Of a stretch of 58,725 nt of DNA, positions 44,771-54,145 are shown one piece after another. The stretch's first letter is position 1, and every line of letters begins with the position of its first letter. The translations under genes were made by a program, and so were the position numbers. Source of the stretch: an uncultured Candidatus Saccharibacteria bacterium (GTDB lineage: Bacteria; Patescibacteriota; Minisyncoccia; Minisyncoccales; CAZVLR01). The notes beneath the pieces are model-generated. The model did no database searches, was not told the DNA's origin, and worked only from the letters and a program-made list of their open reading frames with translations. Location of the stretch: positions 1 to 58,725 of the forward strand of contig CAZVLR010000004.1 of NCBI GenBank assembly GCA_964628095.1, in the 5' to 3' direction.

Positions 44771-46993
44771 TTAAATATTATCTTTTTCCGCTTCCTCCTC
44801 GGACGCCTCTTCTTCCAGTTCTACGGGCGCCAGATCCTCTTTTATAGTATTTTCTACCTTCTCTGTCAAATAAACCTCGCGAGGCTTAGCTCCTTCACCC
44901 GGCCCCACCACGCCTTTTTCTTCTAAAATATCAATCATTCTTGCGGCCCGGGCATAACCGATTCTTAATCTTCTTTGTAATAAAGAGGCCGAAGCCTTTC
45001 TTGATTCAATTACCACTCTTTTGGCTTCTTCATATAATGGGTCGTCTCCCCCATTAAAACCACCTTCATACCCTTCGCTTGGCACTTCCAGGCTTCTTTC
45101 TAGCTCTTCGGCTAAATGATTGACCACGGGCTGGCCATTCAAAGCTTTATATCTTAAGTTTTCAGTATTAATAAAGCCAACCACCTTTTTAACTTCCTTT
45201 TCAGAAACGTAAGAAGCCTGAACGCGCCGGGGCTTGCCCAATTCAGAAGACAAATAAAGCATGTCGCCCGCACCCAGCAGTTTTTCAGCGCCGGCCATAT
45301 CCAGCACGGTTCTAGAATCCACTTGGGAGGCCACTTGAAAAGCCACCCTTGAAGTGATGTTAGCTTTAATTAAGCCGGTAATAACTTCGACCGAAGGCCG
45401 CTGGGTAGCCAAAACCAAATGAATGCCGACAGCCCTAGCCATTTGCGCTAAACGCACTACCGCCGCTTCCACGTCGCGACCTTTGGAAGCCATTAAATCA
45501 GCCAATTCATCAACAATAACTACAATGTAAGGCATTAAATCGCTTTTTTCCTGCACCTGGGCGTTGTAACCGGCAATGTCCCGTTTCCGGGCCGCCGACA
45601 GCACGCCAAATCTCCGCTCCATTTCTCCAATGGCCCAGCGCAAGGCATTTACGGTTCGACTAGCGTCAAAAATAACTGGCGATAAAAGATGGGGCAAATC
45701 GTTGTAAACCGGAAACTCCACTCTTTTAGGATCCACTAGAATAAACCTCAAAATCTCAGGCGAATTTTTATACAACAAAGACATAATTAAGTTGTTCAAA
45801 AAAATAGTTTTGCCCGCGCCCGTAGAACCGGCCACTAACATGTGGGGCATTTTGGCAATGTCAGTATAAAAAGGAACACCCGCCACGTCCCGGCCCAATA
45901 CAATGGCCAGGGGCGAATGATGCTTTTGAAATCCTTCGTGCTCGATTAAATTCTTTAACCGCACCTCGGCCCTGATTTTATTGGGCACTTCAATGCCCAC
46001 CAAAGACTTTCCGGGAATGGGCGCTTCAATACGAATCGGGTGGGCGGCCAAAGCCAAGGCCAAATCGTTGGAAAGCGTGGTAATCTTGGACAATTTAATT
46101 CCTTCGGCTGGCTTTAAGCTGTACTGGGTAACCGTAGGGCCAATATTAATTTCCGACATTTCAACTGGAATATCAAAATTCTGAAGCGTCTTTTTAATAA
46201 CAGCGGCGCTGTTCCTGGTATCACCCGCTGAAGGCCCGCCGCGGTCTGGCTCTAAAAGATCCAGGGGCGGAAACTTGTAATCAATTTCGGCTCTTTTTAA
46301 AACAGCCGACGTGGGCAATGCTTTGCCTTTTTCTGTTTTAACCGGGGCCGGAGCCGTTTCAGAGGTTTTTATGCTTGGCTCGATTTCTTTCACTTTAAAA
46401 CGAGGCGCAAAAATCTTTTTAATAAAAGACGGTTGAGCATCTTCTAATGTCTGATTCTCTTCCTCCATTAACAACTCTTCTTTGGTTTTGGGCGGCTGTT
46501 TTAAAAGAAGCCAGAAAATGATAAAGCCGATGAAAAATATCGCCAGATAAATAATCTTGGGCACCAAAGTTCCAAAAAGCTTGCTCAAAGGAGTGTTAAT
46601 AATATATCCTAACCACCCGCCCCTTTGCATGCCAGGGTGCATACTTTCTAGGCCTGAAGAAATGGAAATGATAAAAATAGCAACCGCCAGTAAAACCGAG
46701 TAGAAAAATTTTTTGTACTTGGTACTGAAAAAAACCGTGCCGCCAAACAAAAGAATTATCGGCACCGCAAAAGTGGTGTTGCCGATTAAAGCAAAGAGTC
46801 CTTCGATAATTTTCTGCCCGGCCGGACCGGCTTTCTCAAAAAAGGCGAGGGTGACAATAACCGCCACAACAATCAAGGCGATACCCCAAATCCATTTTTG
46901 GAGCTCTTCGGGCAGCACCAAACGGCTTTTTTTTTCTTTTTTCTCCTGATGGTTCTTTTTGCCGTTTTTGTTGTTCTTGTTGTTTTTGGCCAT
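44771..46993 (-). CDS. ftsK: DNA translocase FtsK/SpoIIIE
   Basis: N-terminal TMs, IRIEAPIPGK, PHMLVAGSTGAGKT, DELADLM, ATQRPS, gamma domain LQRRLRIGYARAAR. Confidence 0.96.
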   Translation of the reverse strand: MAKNNKNNKNGKKNHQEKKEKKSRLVLPEELQKWIWGIALIVVAVIVTLAFFEKAGPAGQKIIEGLFALIGNTTFAVPIILLFGGTVFFSTKYKKFFYSVLLAVAIFIISISSGLESMHPGMQRGGWLGYIINTPLSKLFGTLVPKIIYLAIFFIGFIIFWLLLKQPPKTKEELLMEEENQTLEDAQPSFIKKIFAPRFKVKEIEPSIKTSETAPAPVKTEKGKALPTSAVLKRAEIDYKFPPLDLLEPDRGGPSAGDTRNSAAVIKKTLQNFDIPVEMSEINIGPTVTQYSLKPAEGIKLSKITTLSNDLALALAAHPIRIEAPIPGKSLVGIEVPNKIRAEVRLKNLIEHEGFQKHHSPLAIVLGRDVAGVPFYTDIAKMPHMLVAGSTGAGKTIFLNNLIMSLLYKNSPEILRFILVDPKRVEFPVYNDLPHLLSPVIFDASRTVNALRWAIGEMERRFGVLSAARKRDIAGYNAQVQEKSDLMPYIVVIVDELADLMASKGRDVEAAVVRLAQMARAVGIHLVLATQRPSVEVITGLIKANITSRVAFQVASQVDSRTVLDMAGAEKLLGAGDMLYLSSELGKPRRVQASYVSEKEVKKVVGFINTENLRYKALNGQPVVNHLAEELERSLEVPSEGYEGGFNGGDDPLYEEAKRVVIESRKASASLLQRRLRIGYARAARMIDILEEKGVVGPGEGAKPREVYLTEKVENTIKEDLAPVELEEEASEEEAEKDNI

Positions 46994-47035
46994 TCTTTTG
47001 AGCTTTGTCTCCTTTGTTTAATTATAGCACCTTGC

Positions 47036-50000
47036 CTATTGTTTCTTAAAACCAGTGCCCGCCGGAATAAGTTTTCCAATAATAACGTTTTCTTTTAAGC
47101 CCTTTAACTTGTCTTCCCGACCTTCCAAGCTGGCTTTAATTAAAACTCTCGAAGTCTCTTGAAAGGAAGCGGCTGAAAGGAAAGAGTCGGTAGTTAGAGC
47201 AACATGAGAAATGCCCAATAGAATTGCCACGCCCTTGGCCGGCTGCTTGCCTTCTTTTTTCAAAATGGCGTTTTCTTCCAAAAACCTGGCCCGGGAAATA
47301 ATTTCGCCCACGGTAAAGTGGCTGTCGCCCGTTTCTTTCACCCTTAACCTGGAAAACATTTGGCGCACAATCACTTCAATATGCTTGTCGTGAATTAAGG
47401 CGCCCTGAGAAACGTAAATGCGCTGGATTTCAGAAGTAATGTAGCGCTGAACTTTGTCCAGTTCCATTAATTTGTAAAGCTCTTTTAATTCCAAGCTGCC
47501 CTCGCACAGCTGCTGGCCCCTGGAAACCTCATCTCCCACCTTGACCCAGAGAGCCATTTTGGGCGGAATTTCATACTCCGCCAGATCGGTTTTCTCGCCC
47601 GTCACTTTTGATTTTTTCTTCTCGCCCCATGTTTTTATTCGAATTATCCGATCTGAAGTAATTTCCAATATTTTTCCGTTAACATGCGAAATCACCGCGC
47701 GGCCGCCCGGTTCTCTGGCCTCAAACACTTCCTGAACCCGGGGCAAGCCCATGGTAATATCGCCTCCACCCGCCACGCCGCCTGCATGAAAGGTTCTTAG
47801 AGTCAGCTGCGTGCCCGGTTCGCCAATGGCTTGCGCCGCCACAATGCCTACAGCATCGCCCAGCTTTACCAAGCGGCTGAAACCCAAATCCCAACCATAG
47901 CATTTCTGGCAAACACCCCTTAAAGCTTTGCAGCTCAAGGGCGAACGCGCCCTGATTTTTTCCAAACCGGCTTCAACTATTTTTTCCGCTTTTTTCCAGT
48001 CGATAATTTCGCCCGCTTTAACAATAATCTTGGAATCCTTGTCCCTGATATTGTCCAGCACCATGCGGCCGATGATTTTGTGCATGAAATTCTGGCCGAT
48101 CTCCTCGGCGTCAGAACGTAAAATTTCCATACCCTTGTCATCTTTGCAATCCTCTTCAAAAACCACCACTTCGTGCGCCACATCCACCAATCTCCGGGTT
48201 AAATACCCGGCCGTAGAAGTCCTCAAGGCCGTATCTACCGTACCTTTTCTGGCGCCGTGATTGGAAATAAAATACTCCAAGATATCAAACCCCTCCTTAA
48301 AAGAGCTGATCACAGGCAGCTCGATAGTTCGACCCATAGGATTGATTACCAAGCCTTTCATGCCGGCCATCTGTACGGGCTGGGACCAAGAGCCCCGGGC
48401 GCCCGCATCAATAAAAGAGAAAACTGAACCGAATTCGGGCAGATTTTTGGGCACCAAAACCTCGATTTCCGATTTGGCCTTGGTCCAAATTTCAATGATA
48501 TGACTAGTTTTTTCTTCTTTTGACAGCAATCCTTTTTTATAATAATCATCTATCACCGCCACTTCTTTTTCGGCGGCTTCGACAATTTTTGGTTTTTCCG
48601 GCGGCACCGTTAAATCGTCCATGCCCCAGGAAAGCCCGGAAAGCGTGGAATATTCAAAGCCCAATTCTTTAATTTTATCCAAAATCTCGGCTGCTTCCTC
48701 AATAGAATGTTTTTCAATTATTTCACGGGTAATTCTTTCTAAGTCCTTTACCCGAACTTCTGAATTATGATAGGGAAAATCCGAAGGCAGAACATTGTTG
48801 AAAATTAAACGGCCCAGGCTGGTTTCAATAAAAACATCTTTTGTTTTATCTTCGCTTTTTTGAACAATCTTTTTGTTAAGAATATCTTTTTTAACTTTTA
48901 TCCTGGCTTTTAAATCAATCTCGTCAAATTCCAAAGCTAAAAGCGCTTCTTCAAAAGAGCCGAAAATCCGGCCCTCGCCCTTTACCCCCGGCCTGATTTT
49001 AGTCAGCCAGTAGCAGCCCAAGCTAATATCCTGGTAAAGAGTTACCACCGGGGTGCCAATGGCCGGCTTTAAAAGATTCAGTGAAGACAGCATTATTTCC
49101 TTGCTTTCCAATTGGGCTTCTTCGGATAAGGGCAAATGAACGGCCATCTGGTCGCCGTCAAAGTCGGCGTTAAAAGCTTTGCAAACCATGGGATGCAATC
49201 TTATCGCCTCGCCTTCGGTTAAAACAGGCTGAAAGGCCTGAATACCCAAGCGGTGCAAAGTCGGCGCCCGGTTAAGCAAAACGAATTTGCCCCGAACTAC
49301 TTCTTCTAGAATCGCCCAGACCTCGTCAGTTTCATCTTCAATTAATCTTGAAGCGCCCCGCACGTTATAAGCCATCTCTCTTTCTAAAATTTTATTAATC
49401 ACAAAAGGTTTAAAAAGCTCCAGCGCCATTCGTTTGGGCAGGCCGCACTGATGCAGCTTCAATTCCGGCCCCACGATAATTACCGATCTCCCTGAATAAT
49501 CGACTCTTTTGCCCAAAAGGTTTTGGCGGAATCTGCCCTGTTTTCCTTTTAAAATATCGGCTAAAGATTTTAAGAGCCTCTTGCCGCCGGTGGTCGCCTG
49601 GGTCATCGTACCCTTTCTCATGCCGTTATCAATTAAAGCATCCACTGCCTCTTGAAGCATTCTTTTTTCGTTTCGCACAATTACTTCGGGCGCGTTAATT
49701 TCCAATAAATATTTTAAGCGGTTGTTGCGGTTAATCACCCGTCGGTAAAGATCGTTCAAATCAGAAGAAGCGTAGCGGCCGCCGTCTAGCTGCACCATCG
49801 GCCTAAGATCGGGGGGTAAAACCGGCAGCACGCTCAAGAACATCCATTCGGGCCTGATACTGGATTTTTCCATGCCCTGAAACAGCTTTAACCTTCTCAA
49901 AACCTTTTTCCGGTTTTGCGGCGTAGTTTCCTCCAAATCTTGTTTTTGTTTTGTAATTTCTTTTTTAAGCTCTATTTTCTCAAAAAGCTTGCGCAGCACT

Positions 50001-50668
50001 TCCGCCCCGGTACCGGCTTCAAAAATCTCTCCGTACCTTAACGCTAAATTATGATAATCGACTTCGGACAATATTTTCATTTCTTTTAATCCCGATATTT
50101 CATCCTTTACCCGGTCCCTAGTCTGCTTTAATTCGTCCAAAGCTTTATTTAAATTTTTCTTGGTGCCCTCTTTAGCTTTATTAGTTTTTACTTTCTGGTT
50201 GTATTCTTTATCAATATCATCCAATATTTTCTTTTTAAGTTCATCGTTCACCTTGGTAATGATATAGGCGGCAAAATAGATTACCCGCTCCAATTGCTGC
50301 ATGGGCAAATCCAAAACCATGCCCATACGAGAGGGCACGCCTCTTAAAAACCAAATGTGCGAAACCGGTGAGGCCAATTTAATATGGCCCATGCGCTCTC
50401 TCCGTACTTGAGCCTTGGTAACTTCCACACCGCATCGGTCGCAAATAATGCCCTTATAACGGATTCTCTTGTACTTTCCGCAATAGCATTCGTAATCCTT
50501 TTCCGGGCCGAAAATCCGCTCGTCAAAAAGCCCGTCTTTTTCGGCTCTTTGGGTACGGTAGTTAATAGTTTCGGGCTTGGTTACCTCCCCCTTGGACCAA
50601 CTTAAAATATTCTCGGGCGAGGCGATTTTTATCCTGATTGAATCTAGATCTTCAACGCGAATAGTCAT
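47036..50668 (-). CDS. rpoC: RNA polymerase beta' subunit
   Basis: KPETINYRT, Zn finger, NADFDGDQMAVH, GEPGTQLT. Confidence 0.99.
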   Translation of the reverse strand: MTIRVEDLDSIRIKIASPENILSWSKGEVTKPETINYRTQRAEKDGLFDERIFGPEKDYECYCGKYKRIRYKGIICDRCGVEVTKAQVRRERMGHIKLASPVSHIWFLRGVPSRMGMVLDLPMQQLERVIYFAAYIITKVNDELKKKILDDIDKEYNQKVKTNKAKEGTKKNLNKALDELKQTRDRVKDEISGLKEMKILSEVDYHNLALRYGEIFEAGTGAEVLRKLFEKIELKKEITKQKQDLEETTPQNRKKVLRRLKLFQGMEKSSIRPEWMFLSVLPVLPPDLRPMVQLDGGRYASSDLNDLYRRVINRNNRLKYLLEINAPEVIVRNEKRMLQEAVDALIDNGMRKGTMTQATTGGKRLLKSLADILKGKQGRFRQNLLGKRVDYSGRSVIIVGPELKLHQCGLPKRMALELFKPFVINKILEREMAYNVRGASRLIEDETDEVWAILEEVVRGKFVLLNRAPTLHRLGIQAFQPVLTEGEAIRLHPMVCKAFNADFDGDQMAVHLPLSEEAQLESKEIMLSSLNLLKPAIGTPVVTLYQDISLGCYWLTKIRPGVKGEGRIFGSFEEALLALEFDEIDLKARIKVKKDILNKKIVQKSEDKTKDVFIETSLGRLIFNNVLPSDFPYHNSEVRVKDLERITREIIEKHSIEEAAEILDKIKELGFEYSTLSGLSWGMDDLTVPPEKPKIVEAAEKEVAVIDDYYKKGLLSKEEKTSHIIEIWTKAKSEIEVLVPKNLPEFGSVFSFIDAGARGSWSQPVQMAGMKGLVINPMGRTIELPVISSFKEGFDILEYFISNHGARKGTVDTALRTSTAGYLTRRLVDVAHEVVVFEEDCKDDKGMEILRSDAEEIGQNFMHKIIGRMVLDNIRDKDSKIIVKAGEIIDWKKAEKIVEAGLEKIRARSPLSCKALRGVCQKCYGWDLGFSRLVKLGDAVGIVAAQAIGEPGTQLTLRTFHAGGVAGGGDITMGLPRVQEVFEAREPGGRAVISHVNGKILEITSDRIIRIKTWGEKKKSKVTGEKTDLAEYEIPPKMALWVKVGDEVSRGQQLCEGSLELKELYKLMELDKVQRYITSEIQRIYVSQGALIHDKHIEVIVRQMFSRLRVKETGDSHFTVGEIISRARFLEENAILKKEGKQPAKGVAILLGISHVALTTDSFLSAASFQETSRVLIKASLEGREDKLKGLKENVIIGKLIPAGTGFKKQ

Positions 50669-50674
50669 AATTTT

Positions 50675-53600
50675 TTAATTATTTTTCTCTTTATCTTTTT
50701 CTTCTTTTAATTTTTCCTTCACTTCAATATTCATGCCCAAAGATTTCAATTCAGCCATTAAAAGGTTAAAAGAAGCAGGAACATTGGGCGACTTAATCTT
50801 CTCGCCTTTTAAAATCGCTTCGTAGGTGGCAGCCCGGCCAGAAACATCGTCTGATTTTATGGTTAAAATTTCCTGCAAAGTATAAGCGGCGCCGTAACCC
50901 TCCAAAGCCCACACTTCCATTTCGCCAAATCTCTGCCCGCCAAACTGGGCCTTGCCCCCTAAAGGCTGCTGAGTAATTAAGGAATAAGGGCCGATCGAGC
51001 GCATATGGATTTTATCTTCCACCATGTGGATCAGCTTCATCATATATATGTAGCCGACTGTCACCCTGTCTTTGAAAGGCTGTCCGGTTCGGCCGTCAAA
51101 AAGCTTAATCTTGCCGTCTTCGGGCAAACCAGCTTCTTTTAATTCTTTTTTAATGTCTTCTTCTTTAGCGCCGGCCAAAGACGGAGTAATTGCCAAAAAG
51201 CCCTGCTTCTTGGCCGCCCAGCCCAAATGAGTTTCCAAAATCTGGCCCAGATTCATACGGGAAACCACGCTTAAGGGGTTTAAAACAATATCCACGGGCG
51301 TACCATCAGCCAAAAAAGGCATTTCTTCCTCGGGCAAAACCCGAGAAACCACGCCTTTATTGCCGTGCCGCCCGGCTAACTTGTCGCCAGCCTGAACCCG
51401 CCTGATCGAAGCCACTTCCACCTGAATTCTTTTTATCACACCCGGCTCCAGTTTGTGCCCCAGCTCGCGGGAAAAAATCTTAATACCCACAACCCGGCCC
51501 CGTTTTCCGTGCTCCATATGAAGCGAAGTATCTTTTACATCGCGGGCTTTTTCGCCAAAAATTGCGCGCAGCAATCTTTCTTCAGCCGTTAAATCGGTTT
51601 CGCCCTTGGGTGAAATCTTGCCCACTAAAATATCGTTGGGCCCGACTTCCGCGCCAATGCGCACTACCCCTTCTTCGTCCAAATCCTTAAGCTTTTCTTC
51701 AGAAACATTGGGAATATCGTAAGTAGTAAGCTCCGGGCCAAGCTTTGTTTCCCGTACGTCGCAAGTAAAATCTTCCAAGTGAATAGAGGTAAACACATCG
51801 TCTTTTACCAGTTTTTCAGAAATAACAATCGCATCTTCAAAATTATGCCCCCGCCAAGGCACAAAAGCAACCAGAATATTTCGGCCCAAAGCCAATCTCC
51901 CTTTTTCAATCGCGCCGCCGTCGGCCAAGATATCGCCTTTTTTAACTTTCTGGCCTTTTTTAATAATCGGCTTTTGGTGAAAACAGGTATATTGGTTCGT
52001 GCGAATAAAAGTTTTCAAATCGTGCCTTTTTAATTTTCCTTTGGTAGTTCTAACTTCAATATGTTTGGCGTCAACGCTGGTTACTAAGCCGTCGTCATCA
52101 GAAATTATTTCCTGCCCCGAATCGCGTGCCACCCTTTCTTCCATGCCAGTGCCCACCAAGGGCGATTGGGGGAAAATCAAAGGCGTCACCTGCCGCTGCA
52201 TGTTAGAGCCCATTAAGGCTCTGTTGGCATCGTCGTTTTGCAAAAAAGGAATTAAGGAAGTGCCCACGGAAATTGACTGCTGGGGCGAAACATCGATGTA
52301 ATCAATCTTTTTTTTATCGATCAGGCCCGGCTCACTTTTTATCCTGGCATCCACCATATCTGCCACAATATTATTTCTTTCATCAATTTGAACGCCCGCA
52401 TGGGCAATATTATACTTTTCTTCCTCGTGCGCGTTAAGATAATGAATTTCAGAAGTTATCTTTCCGTTGTTAACCTTAAAATACGGGGTTTCGATAAAGC
52501 CGTACTGGTTCACCCTGGCAAAAGAAGCCAAATGGGAAACCAAACCCACGTTCGGGCCTTCAGGCGTTTGAATGGGACAAATCCGGCCATAGTGCGAAGG
52601 CTGCACGTCTCTAACTTCAAAGCCGGCCCTTTCCCGGGTTAAACCTCCCGGCCCTGTAGCTGAAAGCCGTCTTTTATGCTCCAATTCGGCCAGCGGATTT
52701 TCATTATCCATAAACTGGGCAATTTGCGAAGAAGTAAAAAATTCTTTTACCACCGCCATCACCGGCCGCGGATTGATCAATTGCAAAGGCGTTACCGTAT
52801 AAATATCTAAAGTCGACATGCGGTCTTTAATAATCCGCTCCATGCGGGCAATACCGATTCTTACTCTGTTTTGCATTAATTCGTTTAAAGTACGCACTCT
52901 TCGATTGCCCAAGTGGTCAATTTGATCGGGTTTCGCATCCGGATCGTTGTTCAATCGAATAATCTCACGAAGAGTATCAACAATGTCCTCAGGCTTTAAT
53001 ACTCTTTCTTTTACGGTAATTTCCTCGTTTTTGTTCTTGCGCTGGGGAAACCTCTGCCACATGCGCCACCTGCCCACTTTTGACAAATCGTACCTTTCGA
53101 AATTGAAAAAGATGTTCTCAATAAATTCCTTGGCCGTTTCAGCGGTTACTAACTCATCCGGCCTTAAGATTTTGTAAATCTCAATTAGGGCCTCGCCCTG
53201 GTTTTGGGCTTTATCGCGCTTTAGAGTTTCTTCAATGTATTTTGTTTCGCCCTTATCAACGTCCTGAAACAATTCTTTAATGCTTTTTTCGTTATCAATG
53301 CCAAAAGCCCGCAATAAAGTAGTTGCGGCTAATTTTCTCTTGCGGTCAATTTTAACCACCAAAGAACCGGAAGATTCGGTTTCAAACTCTAGCCAAGCAC
53401 CCCGGTTGGGAATAACCTTGGCGCCAAAATAGTTCTGGCGCGCCCACTGCTGAGCGGTAAAAAACACGCCGGGTGAACGGATCAGTTGGCAGATCACCAC
53501 CCGCTCCACGCCATTCATTACAAAAGTACCCCGTTCGGTCATTAAAGGAAAATCGCAGAGAAAAACTTCTTGCTCTTTAATTTCTTTGGTTTTTAAATTA

Positions 53601-53878
53601 ACCAGCTTGGTTTTTACCCTCAAAGGCGCTTCGTAAGAATCGTTATTTAATTTAGCCTCCAAGTCATTTTTGTATTTGGGCTCGTCCAGTTTATAATCCA
53701 AAAACCAAAGCTCCATTTCTTTCTTGGTATAATCCCTGATTGGAGAAATTTCGGCAAAAAGTTCTCTTAAATCCTTTTCCCAAAAACGATCCCAGCTGTC
53801 CTTTTGAATGGCAAGCAAATAGGGCAAGGGTAAAGAGATTTTTGATTTAGCAAAATTTTTTATGCGAAGTTCGGGCAT
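50675..53878 (-). CDS. rpoB: RNA polymerase beta subunit
   Basis: DHLGNRR, RICPIQTPEGPN, GDKLAGRHGNKG, GGQRFGEME; start moved to ATG 53878. Confidence 0.98.
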   Translation of the reverse strand: MPELRIKNFAKSKISLPLPYLLAIQKDSWDRFWEKDLRELFAEISPIRDYTKKEMELWFLDYKLDEPKYKNDLEAKLNNDSYEAPLRVKTKLVNLKTKEIKEQEVFLCDFPLMTERGTFVMNGVERVVICQLIRSPGVFFTAQQWARQNYFGAKVIPNRGAWLEFETESSGSLVVKIDRKRKLAATTLLRAFGIDNEKSIKELFQDVDKGETKYIEETLKRDKAQNQGEALIEIYKILRPDELVTAETAKEFIENIFFNFERYDLSKVGRWRMWQRFPQRKNKNEEITVKERVLKPEDIVDTLREIIRLNNDPDAKPDQIDHLGNRRVRTLNELMQNRVRIGIARMERIIKDRMSTLDIYTVTPLQLINPRPVMAVVKEFFTSSQIAQFMDNENPLAELEHKRRLSATGPGGLTRERAGFEVRDVQPSHYGRICPIQTPEGPNVGLVSHLASFARVNQYGFIETPYFKVNNGKITSEIHYLNAHEEEKYNIAHAGVQIDERNNIVADMVDARIKSEPGLIDKKKIDYIDVSPQQSISVGTSLIPFLQNDDANRALMGSNMQRQVTPLIFPQSPLVGTGMEERVARDSGQEIISDDDGLVTSVDAKHIEVRTTKGKLKRHDLKTFIRTNQYTCFHQKPIIKKGQKVKKGDILADGGAIEKGRLALGRNILVAFVPWRGHNFEDAIVISEKLVKDDVFTSIHLEDFTCDVRETKLGPELTTYDIPNVSEEKLKDLDEEGVVRIGAEVGPNDILVGKISPKGETDLTAEERLLRAIFGEKARDVKDTSLHMEHGKRGRVVGIKIFSRELGHKLEPGVIKRIQVEVASIRRVQAGDKLAGRHGNKGVVSRVLPEEEMPFLADGTPVDIVLNPLSVVSRMNLGQILETHLGWAAKKQGFLAITPSLAGAKEEDIKKELKEAGLPEDGKIKLFDGRTGQPFKDRVTVGYIYMMKLIHMVEDKIHMRSIGPYSLITQQPLGGKAQFGGQRFGEMEVWALEGYGAAYTLQEILTIKSDDVSGRAATYEAILKGEKIKSPNVPASFNLLMAELKSLGMNIEVKEKLKEEKDKEKNN

Positions 53879-53895
53879 AATTTTAAAATAAAATA

Positions 53896-53957
53896 AAAGG
53901 GAATTAAATAAAAAGCACAAAAAACCCTAAAAATGGGCTTTAGGGCGCTTTCCCTTT
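53896..53957 (-). promoter_or_regulatory. Attenuator-like structure in the rpoB 5' leader
   Basis: Minus strand CCCTAAA-GCCCATT-TTTAGGG-TTTTTT, enclosed by an AAAGGGAA/TTCCCTTT outer stem. Confidence 0.5.
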
Positions 53958-54049
53958 GTAAGTTTTACGTATTAAAAAAAATCAAAAAATTATAAAAATA
54001 TTAAATTCTGGTTTTCAATAAAGAAATTGCGAAATCAAAGAGCAAATCA

Positions 54050-54118
54050 ATTCTATCTTATTCTATCGTGAGTGTCAATAGGCAATTCAATTATAGCCAA
54101 AATAAGGCTTTGAGTCAA
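54050..54118 (-). promoter_or_regulatory. Tandem sigma70 promoters of rpoBC
   Basis: TTGACT(54118-54113)-17-TATAAT(54095-54090) and TTGACA(54078-54073)-17-TAGAAT(54055-54050). Confidence 0.78.
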
Positions 54119-54145
54119 CACCTGTTTGGGCTTATTCCCCTTTAT

